DNA of 64,000 nucleotides from positions 15,346-79,345 of the forward strand of contig DVAB01000023.1 in assembly GCA_014189685.1 (NCBI GenBank). The letters are read 5' to 3'. Position numbers and translations under genes: made by a program. This DNA comes from Candidatus Naiadarchaeum limnaeum (GTDB lineage Archaea > Undinarchaeota > Undinarchaeia > Undinarchaeales > Naiadarchaeaceae). Of the stretch, positions 55,260 to 64,000 are shown piece after piece. How positions within the stretch are numbered: the stretch's first letter is position 1; every line of letters starts with the position of its first letter. Below the pieces are notes generated by a model. The model saw only the letters and a program-made list of their open reading frames with translations, made no database searches and was not told where the DNA came from.

Positions 55260-58200
55260 AATAATAATCTTTCAAAGATTTAACGCTAAATTCGCCTTTT
55301 TGCATTTTCTTGATTGCTTCTAAAGCAGCAAATGCTCCTGAAATTGTTGTTATGCATGGAATTTTTGCAGTTATGCATGCGCGCCTTATCTTAAAACCAT
55401 CTCTACTCGCAATTCCTCCTGTTGTAGGTGTATTTATCACAAGGTCAACCTCGCCATTCCTAATCAAATCAACAATGTTTGGCGCTCCTTCAGAAGCCTT
55501 CAGTACTTTTTTTACATAAATGTTGTCAAGCGAAATTACTTTGGCAGTGTTTCCAACAGAAATTATCTCAAATCCCAACTCTGAAAATCCTTTCGCAAGT
55601 TTTGAAACATATCTTTTGTCATTTCTGTTTACAGCAAAGAATACGCTGCCCATTTTTGGCAGATTAACATACGCCCCTAACTGTGCTTTGTAAAAAGCAG
55701 TTCCGAAATCATAATCAATTCCCATAGATTCCCCTGTAGATTTCATCTCAGGCCCTAATCTTATATCTGCGCCTGGAAGTTTATCAAATGGAAATACAAC
55801 ACTTTTTACAGAAACATGTTTTGGAGTTATCTCTCTGTTTGCCAAGCCTAATTCTTCCAAACTTTTTCCCATTATCGCTTTTGTTCCAATTTTCGCAAGT
55901 TGCACTCCGATTGCTTTGCTGATGAATGGAACAGTTCTGCTCGACCTTGGATTTGCTTCCAAAACATAAACAATCCCCTCCTTAACAGCGTATTGGATAT
56001 TTATCATTCCAATAACTTTTAACTCAAGCGCAATTTTTTGTGTGTATTCTTTTACAGTTTCAATAACTTCTTTGCTCAAAGTTTGCGGCGGGACAACACA
56101 ACTCGAATCTCCAGAATGAATCCCTGCTTCCTCGATATGCTCCATCACTCCGCCAATAAAAACATTTTTTCCATCGCAAACAGCATCCACATCCAATTCA
56201 ATCGCATCCTGCAAAAATTTATCAATTAAAATTGGGTGCTCTTTTGAGACGCGCACAGCTTCTCTCATATAAATTTCCAAATCCTCATCTGTGTGAACAA
56301 TTTCCATCGCGCGTCCTCCAAGAACATAGCTCGGCCGAACTAAAACAGGATACCCCAATTTCCTTACAATCTGTTTGGCTTCAACATAGGAATTGGCAAT
56401 CCCATATCTCGCTTGAGGGATTCTTAATTTTCTTAGAACTTTTGTAAACAAATCACGGTTTTCAGCCTTATCCATATCCTCCGGAGTTGTACCAAGAACC
56501 TTTACTCCAGCTTCTTTGAGTGGGATTGAAAGATTTACGGCTGTCTGACCTCCAAATTGTGTTATAACGCCTAAAGGCTTTTCAATTTCGCAGACCGCGA
56601 GAACATCTTCCAAGTGCAAGGGCTCAAAATACAATCTATCTGATGTATCGTAGTCTGTTGAAACAGTTTCAGGATTGTTATTAATTATAATTGCTTCATA
56701 TCCTAATTCTCTCAAAGCCCAAACTGCATGCACAGTGCAGTAATCAAACTCAATTCCCTGCCCAATCCTTATTGGCCCGCTGCCAAGAATTATTACTTTT
56801 TTCTTTTCAGAGCTTTTTGTGTCAGTTTTTGTTCCATGAGTGCTATAATAATAAGGAGTTTTCGCCTCAAACTCAGCAGCGCAAGTATCAACCATTTTAT
56901 AATTGCGCAAAAATTCTTTTTTCAACTTTTTGTGCGTTATATTTTCAATCTGTTCATAAATAAATCCAAATTTTTTTGCATATTCAGTTATTTGCTTTAA
57001 CTTTTCTCTTCTTGACTTTTTCAAAAGTTTTTCGATTTCAACTATATGTTGTACTTTCTCTACAAACCACCTATCGATCTTTGTTAATTCAGAAATTTCC
57101 TTTACAGGGAATCCTGATTTAAGCGCGCTAACAATATAGAAAAGTCTTTTATGCGTTGGGACGATTAAATGGTGTCTCAACTCTTCTTTGCTTATCTTCT
57201 CATCTTCACGATCTCCAACTAATCCAATTTTATCTATATCCAGAGAGCGAATTGCTTTTTGCAAGGATTCCTCAAAATTTCTTCCAATTGCCATCACTTC
57301 TCCAGTTGATTTCATCTGCGTTCCAATAGTTCGATCTGCAGTTGAAAACTTCTCGAATGGCCAGCGCGGAATTTTTGTTACAATATAATCCAGGGCTGGC
57401 TCAAAACTTGCCTTTGTTTCTTTTGTAATTGGGTTTTGAATCTCATCCAGAGTTAACCCAATTGCAATTTTTGCCGCGATTAAAGCTATTGGATAACCAG
57501 TTGCCTTGCTTGCTAAAGCACTTGAACGAGAAACTCGCGGATTTACCTCAATAACATAATAATTTTCAGAATTTGGATCTAAAGCAAATTGTATATTGCA
57601 TCCGCCTTCAACTCCAAGCGCGCGAATAATTTTAATTGAAGCTGTTCGTAGCATCTGGTACTCATAATCAGTTAAAGTTTGAGAAGGCGCAACAACAATT
57701 GATTCTCCTGTGTGAATTCCAACTGCATCAAAATTTTCCATATTACAAACTGTAATGCAATTATCAGCAGAGTCACGCATAACCTCGTACTCAATTTCTT
57801 TCCAGCCTGCAACACTTTTTTCAATTAAAACCTGGTGAATCCTACTCAGTGCAAGTCCATTCGAAGCAATTCTATCTAAATCAAAGGGATTTTCTGCAAC
57901 TCCGCTTCCAGTTCCCCCTAAAGTGTAAGCAGGCCGCACAATAACTGGGTAGTCTATTTGTTCAGCATAATCCAGGGCATCTTTTACAGTTGTTACAGCT
58001 TTTGAAGGCGGAACTGGCTCTCTGATTTTTATCATTAATTCTCTAAACTTATCTCTGTCCTCTCCAGCGTGGATTGCACTTACTGGAGTTCCGAGAACTT
58101 TTACTTTATATTTTTCTAAAATTCCTTTTTCAGAAAGCTCTGCTGTTAAATTAAGCGCAGTTTGCCCGCCCATTCCAGAAATAATCCCATCTGGCCGCTC

Positions 58201-58440
58201 CTTTGCAATTATTTTTTCAATGCTCTCAATTGTTAATGGCTCAATATAAGTAGCATCTGCCATATCCGAATCAGTTTGTATTGTTGCAGGATTTGAATTA
58301 ACCAATACCGTTTTTACTCCCTCTTCGCGCAAAGACTTCAAAGCTTGGCTCCCTGAGTAATCAAACTCAGCTGCCTGCCCGATTATAATTGGGCCGCTTC
58401 CGATTATCAAAGCTTTCTTTATGTTTTCGCTTTTAGACAT
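55213..58440 (-). CDS. carB: Carbamoyl-phosphate synthase large subunit
   Basis: Duplicated ATP-grasp halves and an MGS-like C-terminal domain, 1075 aa. Confidence 0.9.
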   Translation of the reverse strand: MSKSENIKKALIIGSGPIIIGQAAEFDYSGSQALKSLREEGVKTVLVNSNPATIQTDSDMADATYIEPLTIESIEKIIAKERPDGIISGMGGQTALNLTAELSEKGILEKYKVKVLGTPVSAIHAGEDRDKFRELMIKIREPVPPSKAVTTVKDALDYAEQIDYPVIVRPAYTLGGTGSGVAENPFDLDRIASNGLALSRIHQVLIEKSVAGWKEIEYEVMRDSADNCITVCNMENFDAVGIHTGESIVVAPSQTLTDYEYQMLRTASIKIIRALGVEGGCNIQFALDPNSENYYVIEVNPRVSRSSALASKATGYPIALIAAKIAIGLTLDEIQNPITKETKASFEPALDYIVTKIPRWPFEKFSTADRTIGTQMKSTGEVMAIGRNFEESLQKAIRSLDIDKIGLVGDREDEKISKEELRHHLIVPTHKRLFYIVSALKSGFPVKEISELTKIDRWFVEKVQHIVEIEKLLKKSRREKLKQITEYAKKFGFIYEQIENITHKKLKKEFLRNYKMVDTCAAEFEAKTPYYYSTHGTKTDTKSSEKKKVIILGSGPIRIGQGIEFDYCTVHAVWALRELGYEAIIINNNPETVSTDYDTSDRLYFEPLHLEDVLAVCEIEKPLGVITQFGGQTAVNLSIPLKEAGVKVLGTTPEDMDKAENRDLFTKVLRKLRIPQARYGIANSYVEAKQIVRKLGYPVLVRPSYVLGGRAMEIVHTDEDLEIYMREAVRVSKEHPILIDKFLQDAIELDVDAVCDGKNVFIGGVMEHIEEAGIHSGDSSCVVPPQTLSKEVIETVKEYTQKIALELKVIGMINIQYAVKEGIVYVLEANPRSSRTVPFISKAIGVQLAKIGTKAIMGKSLEELGLANREITPKHVSVKSVVFPFDKLPGADIRLGPEMKSTGESMGIDYDFGTAFYKAQLGAYVNLPKMGSVFFAVNRNDKRYVSKLAKGFSELGFEIISVGNTAKVISLDNIYVKKVLKASEGAPNIVDLIRNGEVDLVINTPTTGGIASRDGFKIRRACITAKIPCITTISGAFAALEAIKKMQKGEFSVKSLKDYYSMEQQLLSPVSVSQA

Positions 58441-59542
58441 TTTTTCCCACCATTTTTAAAAATTTGTCAAACAAATACTTATTGTCCTGCGGCCCTGGCC
58501 CGCCCTCGGGGTGATACTGAACAGAAAAAATTGGCTTATTTTTGTGTGTTAAGCCTTCGATTGAGTTATCATTCAAATTAAACTTTGTTGCTTTGAAATT
58601 CGTACCTTCTAAACTTTGTGAATCAACAGCATATCCATGATTCTGGGTTGTTATATGAACAGTTCCTGTTTCGAAATCTTTTACAGGATGATTTACTCCC
58701 CGATGCCCGAATTTTAATTTGTAAGTTTTCGCGCCTGCAGCTAAAGCTAAAATTTGATGCCCTAAGCAAATCCCAAAAATCGGAATATCACTTTCGTTTA
58801 TTAGTTTGCGAACAGTTTCAATTACATAAGTCGGCTTTGCAGGGTCTCCTGGGCCGTTTGAAATTATAATTCCCTCTGGATTATATCTCATAATTTTTTC
58901 AAAACTAGTATTTGCTGGTACAACAGTTATTCTGCAACCCCTCCTCTCCAAACTTCGCAAAATGTTGTATTTAACTCCTGTATCAATTAAAACAATATTT
59001 CGCGTTCCTTTTTTATTCCAAACTTCTGGCTTTGAGACCGTAACATATGGTAGCAAATCCTCGGAATCCGGATGCGGCCGCAAATTTACTTCTTCAGAAA
59101 CTTTTTTAATATCCACATCTGATTTGCAAATTACTCCTTTCATAACTCCTTTCGTTCTAATCACTTGTGTTAGCGCGCGTGTATCAACATTGTAAAGTCC
59201 AGGAATTTTGTATTCCTTCAAAAACTTGCCCAAAGTTTCAAAAGCCTTAAAGTGAGAAGGCAGTTCACAGAGCTCACTTATTACAAATCCGCGCACTTGA
59301 ACTCGTTTTGATTCAAAATTTTCTTTATTAGTTGCATAATTTCCAACTAAAGGGTAGGTCATTGTTAAAATTTGGCCAGCATAACTTGGGTCAGTTAAAG
59401 CTTCCTGGTATCCAGTCATTGCTGTGTTAAAAACGACCTCTCCAAAAGTGTTAGGGCTGAAAAAACCAAAGGGAATCCCCTCAAAAAAAGCGCCGTTTTC
59501 CAGCACTAAAAGTGCTTTATTTTTGTTTTTTTGCGCAGGCAT
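58433..59542 (-). CDS. carA: Carbamoyl-phosphate synthase small (glutaminase) subunit
   Basis: GICLGHQ and FSVQYHPE GATase triad motifs. 8-nt overlap with the carB start. Confidence 0.85.
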   Translation of the reverse strand: MPAQKNKNKALLVLENGAFFEGIPFGFFSPNTFGEVVFNTAMTGYQEALTDPSYAGQILTMTYPLVGNYATNKENFESKRVQVRGFVISELCELPSHFKAFETLGKFLKEYKIPGLYNVDTRALTQVIRTKGVMKGVICKSDVDIKKVSEEVNLRPHPDSEDLLPYVTVSKPEVWNKKGTRNIVLIDTGVKYNILRSLERRGCRITVVPANTSFEKIMRYNPEGIIISNGPGDPAKPTYVIETVRKLINESDIPIFGICLGHQILALAAGAKTYKLKFGHRGVNHPVKDFETGTVHITTQNHGYAVDSQSLEGTNFKATKFNLNDNSIEGLTHKNKPIFSVQYHPEGGPGPQDNKYLFDKFLKMVGKNV

Positions 59543-59687
59543 AGTTCAGACTCCCACCTAGAACCTGCTGAAATTTATCAAGCATTAGACTAAATAATTA
59601 CCCTGGGCTGTTTATAAATGTTTCTAGCTCTAAAAGATAACTTTTAACAAAACTATTAATATTCTTTTACTCCATTCACACTTTACT

Positions 59688-60926
59688 ATGCAATCTATTG
59701 TTCTTGCTGCAGGCGAAGGCACTCGAATGCTTCCATTAACTAGCACTAGGCCAAAGCCTATGCTCCCAATTGCAAATAAACCAATTTTAGAGCATATTGT
59801 CAATGCCTTAAAAAAAGCCGGTGTAAAAGAAGCTGTTGTTGTCCAGGACCCCTCAAGATTTATTGAAAATTATTTCAAAGATGGAAAGGAATTTGGAATA
59901 AAATTAAAATATATTGTCCAAGCGCAAAAATTGGGAACTGCGCACGCAATTTCACTTTGCGAATCTCTAATTAAAGACGATAATTTTCTTGTTATAAACG
60001 GGGATAATTTTGTGCGCGTGGAAGTTTTAGCAGATTTAGTGAGAAAGCACAAGGGCGATGCAACAATAACTTTGCTTGAAGTGCCTGATCGGGAATTAAT
60101 GGGAACATTGAGCACAGTTAAGTTTGATGCGGACAGGGTTGTTAGGATTATTGAAAAACCGACTCCTGGGCAAATTCTTTCTCCATACGCTTCAATCGGA
60201 ACTTATGTCTTTTCGCAATACCTTTTCGATGCGATTAAAAAAATAAAAAAATCCCCCCGCGGCGAGCTGGAACTTCCAACAGCAATGCAACTCATGCTGA
60301 GCGAAAGAAAAAAAATGTACTACGTGAAAACTCATTATTGGCAACATATTTCCTATCCTTGGGATTTGTTAACCGCAAATAAAATGTTTCTAGATGAAAC
60401 AAAAGCAAAAGTAAAGGGCGGAGAGATTGAAAAAAACGTTACTATTAAAGGAAAACTTTTGCTTGGAAAAAATTCAATAATTAAAAGCGGAACTTATATT
60501 GAGGGCTCTGTTATGATTGGAGATAATTGTACAATTGGCCCTAATTGTTTCTTGCGCTCATATGTTTGTCTTGGAAATAATGTTCGAGTTGGAAATGGAG
60601 TTGAAATAAAGAATTCAATAATTATGGATGGAACTCATGTTCCTCATTTAAGCTATGTTGGCGATTCGCTAATTGGACAGAATGTAAATTTTGGCGCCGG
60701 TGCGATTTTAACAAATTTCAGATTAGACGGGCAAAATATAAAGGTTCTGATAAAAGACAAACTAGTTGATTCTGGATTGAGAAAATTGGGTGCTATTGTC
60801 GGAGATAATGTAAAATTTGGAAGTAATGTTGTCGTAAATCCTGGAAAAAGGATCGGAGCGAATTCACTTATTTGGCCAGGAAGAGTTATAACAGAGGACG
60901 TTCCAGATAGTTCTGAGATAAAATGA
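59688..60926 (+). CDS. Bifunctional sugar-1-phosphate nucleotidyltransferase with C-terminal left-handed beta-helix acyltransferase-like domain (GlmU / ST0452-like)
   Basis: N-terminal MQSIVLAAGEGTRM...GDNF NTP-transferase motifs. The C-terminus has hexapeptide repeats. Confidence 0.7.
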   Translation: MQSIVLAAGEGTRMLPLTSTRPKPMLPIANKPILEHIVNALKKAGVKEAVVVQDPSRFIENYFKDGKEFGIKLKYIVQAQKLGTAHAISLCESLIKDDNFLVINGDNFVRVEVLADLVRKHKGDATITLLEVPDRELMGTLSTVKFDADRVVRIIEKPTPGQILSPYASIGTYVFSQYLFDAIKKIKKSPRGELELPTAMQLMLSERKKMYYVKTHYWQHISYPWDLLTANKMFLDETKAKVKGGEIEKNVTIKGKLLLGKNSIIKSGTYIEGSVMIGDNCTIGPNCFLRSYVCLGNNVRVGNGVEIKNSIIMDGTHVPHLSYVGDSLIGQNVNFGAGAILTNFRLDGQNIKVLIKDKLVDSGLRKLGAIVGDNVKFGSNVVVNPGKRIGANSLIWPGRVITEDVPDSSEIK

Positions 60927-61495
60927 GCAAGGGAAAATTTATTGTTTTAGAAGGGATTGATAAATCCGGAAAATCAACACATTCAAAGCTTTTAGTTAAA
61001 TTTCTGAGGAAAAAATTTTCAACTATTCACACAAAAGAGCCTTCGCGCGGCCCAATTGGATTACTGCTTCGAAAATATTTGCGAAAAGATTCTCTTCCAT
61101 TAATAGATGCGCTCTTATTTACAGCTGACAGAGTTGAGCATCAGAACAGTGTAGTTGTGCCAGCTCTAAAAAAAGGGAAAGTTGTTGTCCAGGAGCGCTC
61201 GTTTTACTCAACAATTGCCTACCAACAAACCCAGGGCTTGAATGAGAAATGGCTGCGTGCGCTCAATTCTTTTGCACTAAAACCAAATTTGGTTATTCTT
61301 TTAGACATAAATCCAAGAATCGCGCTAAAGAGAATTCGTGGAAAAGAAAAATTTGAAACTCTGAATTTTTTATATAAAGTTAGAAAGAACTACCTTGCAC
61401 TTGCGCGTAAAGAAAAATTTACAATAATACGTGCGGATATGTCAAAGAAAGCTGTACAGGCTGAAATCCGGAACGCAGTCGGAAAATTGCTCTAA
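60923..61495 (+). CDS. tmk: Thymidylate kinase
   Basis: FIVLEGIDKSGKST P-loop, DR(V/Y) motif and lid region. Confidence 0.8.
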   Translation: MSKGKFIVLEGIDKSGKSTHSKLLVKFLRKKFSTIHTKEPSRGPIGLLLRKYLRKDSLPLIDALLFTADRVEHQNSVVVPALKKGKVVVQERSFYSTIAYQQTQGLNEKWLRALNSFALKPNLVILLDINPRIALKRIRGKEKFETLNFLYKVRKNYLALARKEKFTIIRADMSKKAVQAEIRNAVGKLL

Positions 61496-61552
61496 TTTTG
61501 TACAAAAGTATATATATTACATTTAAACATCGTACACTCTACTGGGTGGACA

Positions 61553-62026
61553 ATGGCATTTGACAAAAAGGATCGCATGATTTTAATGGGGTTGCAGCAA
61601 AACGCCAAGCAGTCCTCTCGCGATTTATCAAAAAAACTCAATATGCCAGCTACAACAATTCATGAGCGCATAAAGAAAATGGAAACGGAAGGAATTATTA
61701 CTGGTTATCATGTCGCAATTGACTATGAAAAAGTTGGAATGCCAACAACTGCTATTATTCTTGTGCGAAGAATGCCAAGAACAGTTTCTGATAGAAAAGT
61801 ACTTTATAAGAAAATAGCTGACCTTACCGCAAAGATCCCAGATATTCAAGAGGCACACATCGTTACTGGCGAATATGACATGGTTCTAAAGATTCGTGGT
61901 AAAAATGAAAAAGAAGTCGGTGCATTTATTGTTGATACTATTTGGAATATGCCAGAGGTAGAGCGAACTTTAACTTTAATGACATTTTATACAGCAAAGG
62001 ATACTTGCAGATTGGAGCTAAAATAA
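61553..62026 (+). CDS. Lrp/AsnC-family transcriptional regulator
   Basis: HTH (SSRDLSKKLNMPATTIHERIKKM) plus RAM C-terminal domain, 157 aa. Confidence 0.75.
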   Translation: MAFDKKDRMILMGLQQNAKQSSRDLSKKLNMPATTIHERIKKMETEGIITGYHVAIDYEKVGMPTTAIILVRRMPRTVSDRKVLYKKIADLTAKIPDIQEAHIVTGEYDMVLKIRGKNEKEVGAFIVDTIWNMPEVERTLTLMTFYTAKDTCRLELK

Positions 62027-62061
62027 AAGGTTTATTAATTAAAGAGAATACATAATTCTTT

Positions 62062-63648
62062 ATGATTGGTATCAGAGGTTTCCCTGCGGTTGTAGTATCT
62101 ACTAATTTATCGCCTACTGACAGAACAACATATATCAATGAAATTTCTGATAAAATAAAGAGGCCGCCTAGGTTTACAAGCCTTAGAGCTTATTTTGAGA
62201 AACTATTAAACAAAGGCATCTTGAGCAAAGACACCGAATCTTTATACCTTTATCAAATAAAATACCGCTTCCCAGTGGAATACGGATCTACTACATGGAG
62301 TATGCGCACCCTAAACACTTTTGTTGCGCTTTGCAGTACTAGGCAGTTGGAGCCCCACGAGGGTGAGTCAAGAGATGAGATCAAAAAAATGAAACGCTCA
62401 TTTGAAGATGCAAAGATCATTGTTACTCCTATTATGGGAATGGTACAAAGCATAAAGCATATTATTGAAGAATTATACAGCGAATTAAAGCCAGGCGAAA
62501 CAGATGCAACTGTTAAGATTTATGAAGAAACTTTTGAAGAAAACACACCTGAGCCACGCGGTTCAACACACACAATATGGAGAGTAAAAGATCCAAAATG
62601 GATAGAGCGAGTAAGAAGAGGCCTTCAACGTAAAAAATTTGCGATTATAACAGATGGTCATCACAGATATAGAGCTTTAAAGGAGCTCAAAAAGAGGTTT
62701 GGCTATAGGTGGATCCCAACAGTTTTTGTTGATTTAGATGATAATAATTTAGCTTTAATGAGTTGGCACCGTTTGATTAAGGGAATTGGTAAAGATGAGA
62801 TAGCCAAAACAGCTAGACAACTTATGAGTCCTGAATTTCTGCATAGACATAATACTATGCTCTTTAAAGTAGATAGTTTAGATGACCTAAGAAGTGTAAC
62901 GCATCCTGCTGAATCAATTCATTTAAAAGTTAAGAGGAGGGTCTTACCTGAATATGTTTCTCTCGATGCACGAAAAATAAGGCTCCCCGAAACTGAATTT
63001 GAAAGAAGAGTAAGAACCGTAAATGAAAGAGAAGTTGTTGAGTATTTAGAAACACATGATGAACTTGCCATCGAAGATCAAATTCCTGACGAAGTAAAGA
63101 AAATGTGGCCAAGACACGATATCTCAAAAGCTCCTTTTCCTACAGGTGCAAAACTTTTAATAGATCGCCCATTTATTGAAGAAGTTGTTGAATTTCCTGA
63201 AGAAGAAATTATTGCAAAAAGTTGGGAAAAAGGAATTTATTGGGAGCGCGAACCTTTTAAAGGTCACTATCAAAAATTCGTGGTTTTTGGAATATACCTA
63301 ATCGATAAAAAATGGACTGGTGCTAAAGAGGAGAAGTTTTATTTCCTATCAAGTGGCGAAAATATAGCTACTTTTACTCTTACTGTAGACTCCTTGATAA
63401 AAGACATGGTTGGTGAGGAGGATTTAGAAGAGAAGGTTAAATATTTCTCGGAAATAGGTGTAGCGAAAGATCATGTCTACAATGAAAAATTTCGAGTAGC
63501 TATTTTTGTTCCTGTTATAAGAAAACAAGATATATTATACTATATAGCTAGAAAAAGGCCCGAATATGCGTTGCCTGCAAAATTAACCTGTTTTTTACCA
63601 AAACCAGCAACAGCATTGCTTATGTGTGATCTTAATGATTTGAAATAA
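62062..63648 (+). CDS. Large hypothetical protein with ParB/sulfiredoxin-like DGHHR motif (DUF1015-like)
   Basis: FAIITDGHHRYRALKEL motif in a 528 aa protein. No other recognisable domain. Confidence 0.4.
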   Translation: MIGIRGFPAVVVSTNLSPTDRTTYINEISDKIKRPPRFTSLRAYFEKLLNKGILSKDTESLYLYQIKYRFPVEYGSTTWSMRTLNTFVALCSTRQLEPHEGESRDEIKKMKRSFEDAKIIVTPIMGMVQSIKHIIEELYSELKPGETDATVKIYEETFEENTPEPRGSTHTIWRVKDPKWIERVRRGLQRKKFAIITDGHHRYRALKELKKRFGYRWIPTVFVDLDDNNLALMSWHRLIKGIGKDEIAKTARQLMSPEFLHRHNTMLFKVDSLDDLRSVTHPAESIHLKVKRRVLPEYVSLDARKIRLPETEFERRVRTVNEREVVEYLETHDELAIEDQIPDEVKKMWPRHDISKAPFPTGAKLLIDRPFIEEVVEFPEEEIIAKSWEKGIYWEREPFKGHYQKFVVFGIYLIDKKWTGAKEEKFYFLSSGENIATFTLTVDSLIKDMVGEEDLEEKVKYFSEIGVAKDHVYNEKFRVAIFVPVIRKQDILYYIARKRPEYALPAKLTCFLPKPATALLMCDLNDLK

Positions 63649-63659
63649 ATGTGTAAAAA

Positions 63660-63974
63660 TTATTTCTGCGCAGTTTCAAATAGCAATGCAAACTCTCTTC
63701 CTTCAGCATCTTCAAATAAACCATGCTTTACTACTCTAAGTCCTAATGCTTCAAAAATAAAAATAAAATCTTCTTTTCTAAAAAGCTTGTCAGTTTCTAT
63801 AATCAAAACATGTCCTCTTTTATTCAGAAAATTATCCAAAATACCCTTTACAGCAACTAACCATTCTCGTTCATATTGTATACTTGGCGGAACAGCGCGC
63901 AGCGACTTTACAAAAATAATAAGATCAACCGATTTCCTTTTCAGATATTTCTTTAAGGTTTCGTTAATTTCCAT
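63660..63974 (-). CDS. Hypothetical protein (start near the window edge; may be the C-terminal part of a longer gene)
   Basis: 104 aa ORF on the minus strand ending 26 nt from the window end. Confidence 0.25.
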   Translation of the reverse strand: MEINETLKKYLKRKSVDLIIFVKSLRAVPPSIQYEREWLVAVKGILDNFLNKRGHVLIIETDKLFRKEDFIFIFEALGLRVVKHGLFEDAEGREFALLFETAQK

Positions 63975-64000
63975 TGTTAAAAAGTTCCCAACCTCTAGAA

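Overview
This window looks like a low-GC (~36-38%) archaeal chromosome segment. Taxonomic hints are an MC1-type chromatin protein, archaeal DnaG, NAC-alpha, an A1:U72 initiator tRNA, a LysW carrier-protein operon, and introns in tRNA genes. Gene density is high and the content is mostly housekeeping.

Contents:
- Three tandem CBS-domain proteins; a Toprim protein plus dnaG; NAC; purA; MC1.
- A complete minus-strand LysW/alpha-aminoadipate operon: homocitrate synthase, lysW (missed by the ORF track), homoaconitase large and small subunits, lysX, argC/lysY, argB/lysZ, argD/lysJ. A class-I glutamine-amidotransferase-like gene sits where lysK is normally found.
- rnhB, aspS, a geranylgeranyl reductase, an unusually short SMC (831 aa) with ScpA, and an HD::YjeF_N fusion.
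- dtdA, thrS, a NUDIX hydrolase, an SPFH protein, and an arginine/carbamoyl block (aminotransferase, CPGS-like P-loop protein, argF, arcC, ADP-forming ACS subunits).
- An arginine decoding island: argS flanked by all four tRNA-Arg isoacceptors found here (GCG, CCT, TCG, TCT), interleaved with paralogous small membrane proteins.
- carB/carA, a GlmU-like nucleotidyltransferase, tmk, an Lrp regulator, and a large ParB/Srx-fold protein.

Six tRNA genes were found by eye. Three carry introns: initiator Met and Gln at the canonical 37/38 site, and Arg-TCG at a non-canonical T-loop site. No CRISPR array, integrase or transposase was recognised. All calls rest on reading the translations and sequence by eye; no searches were run.
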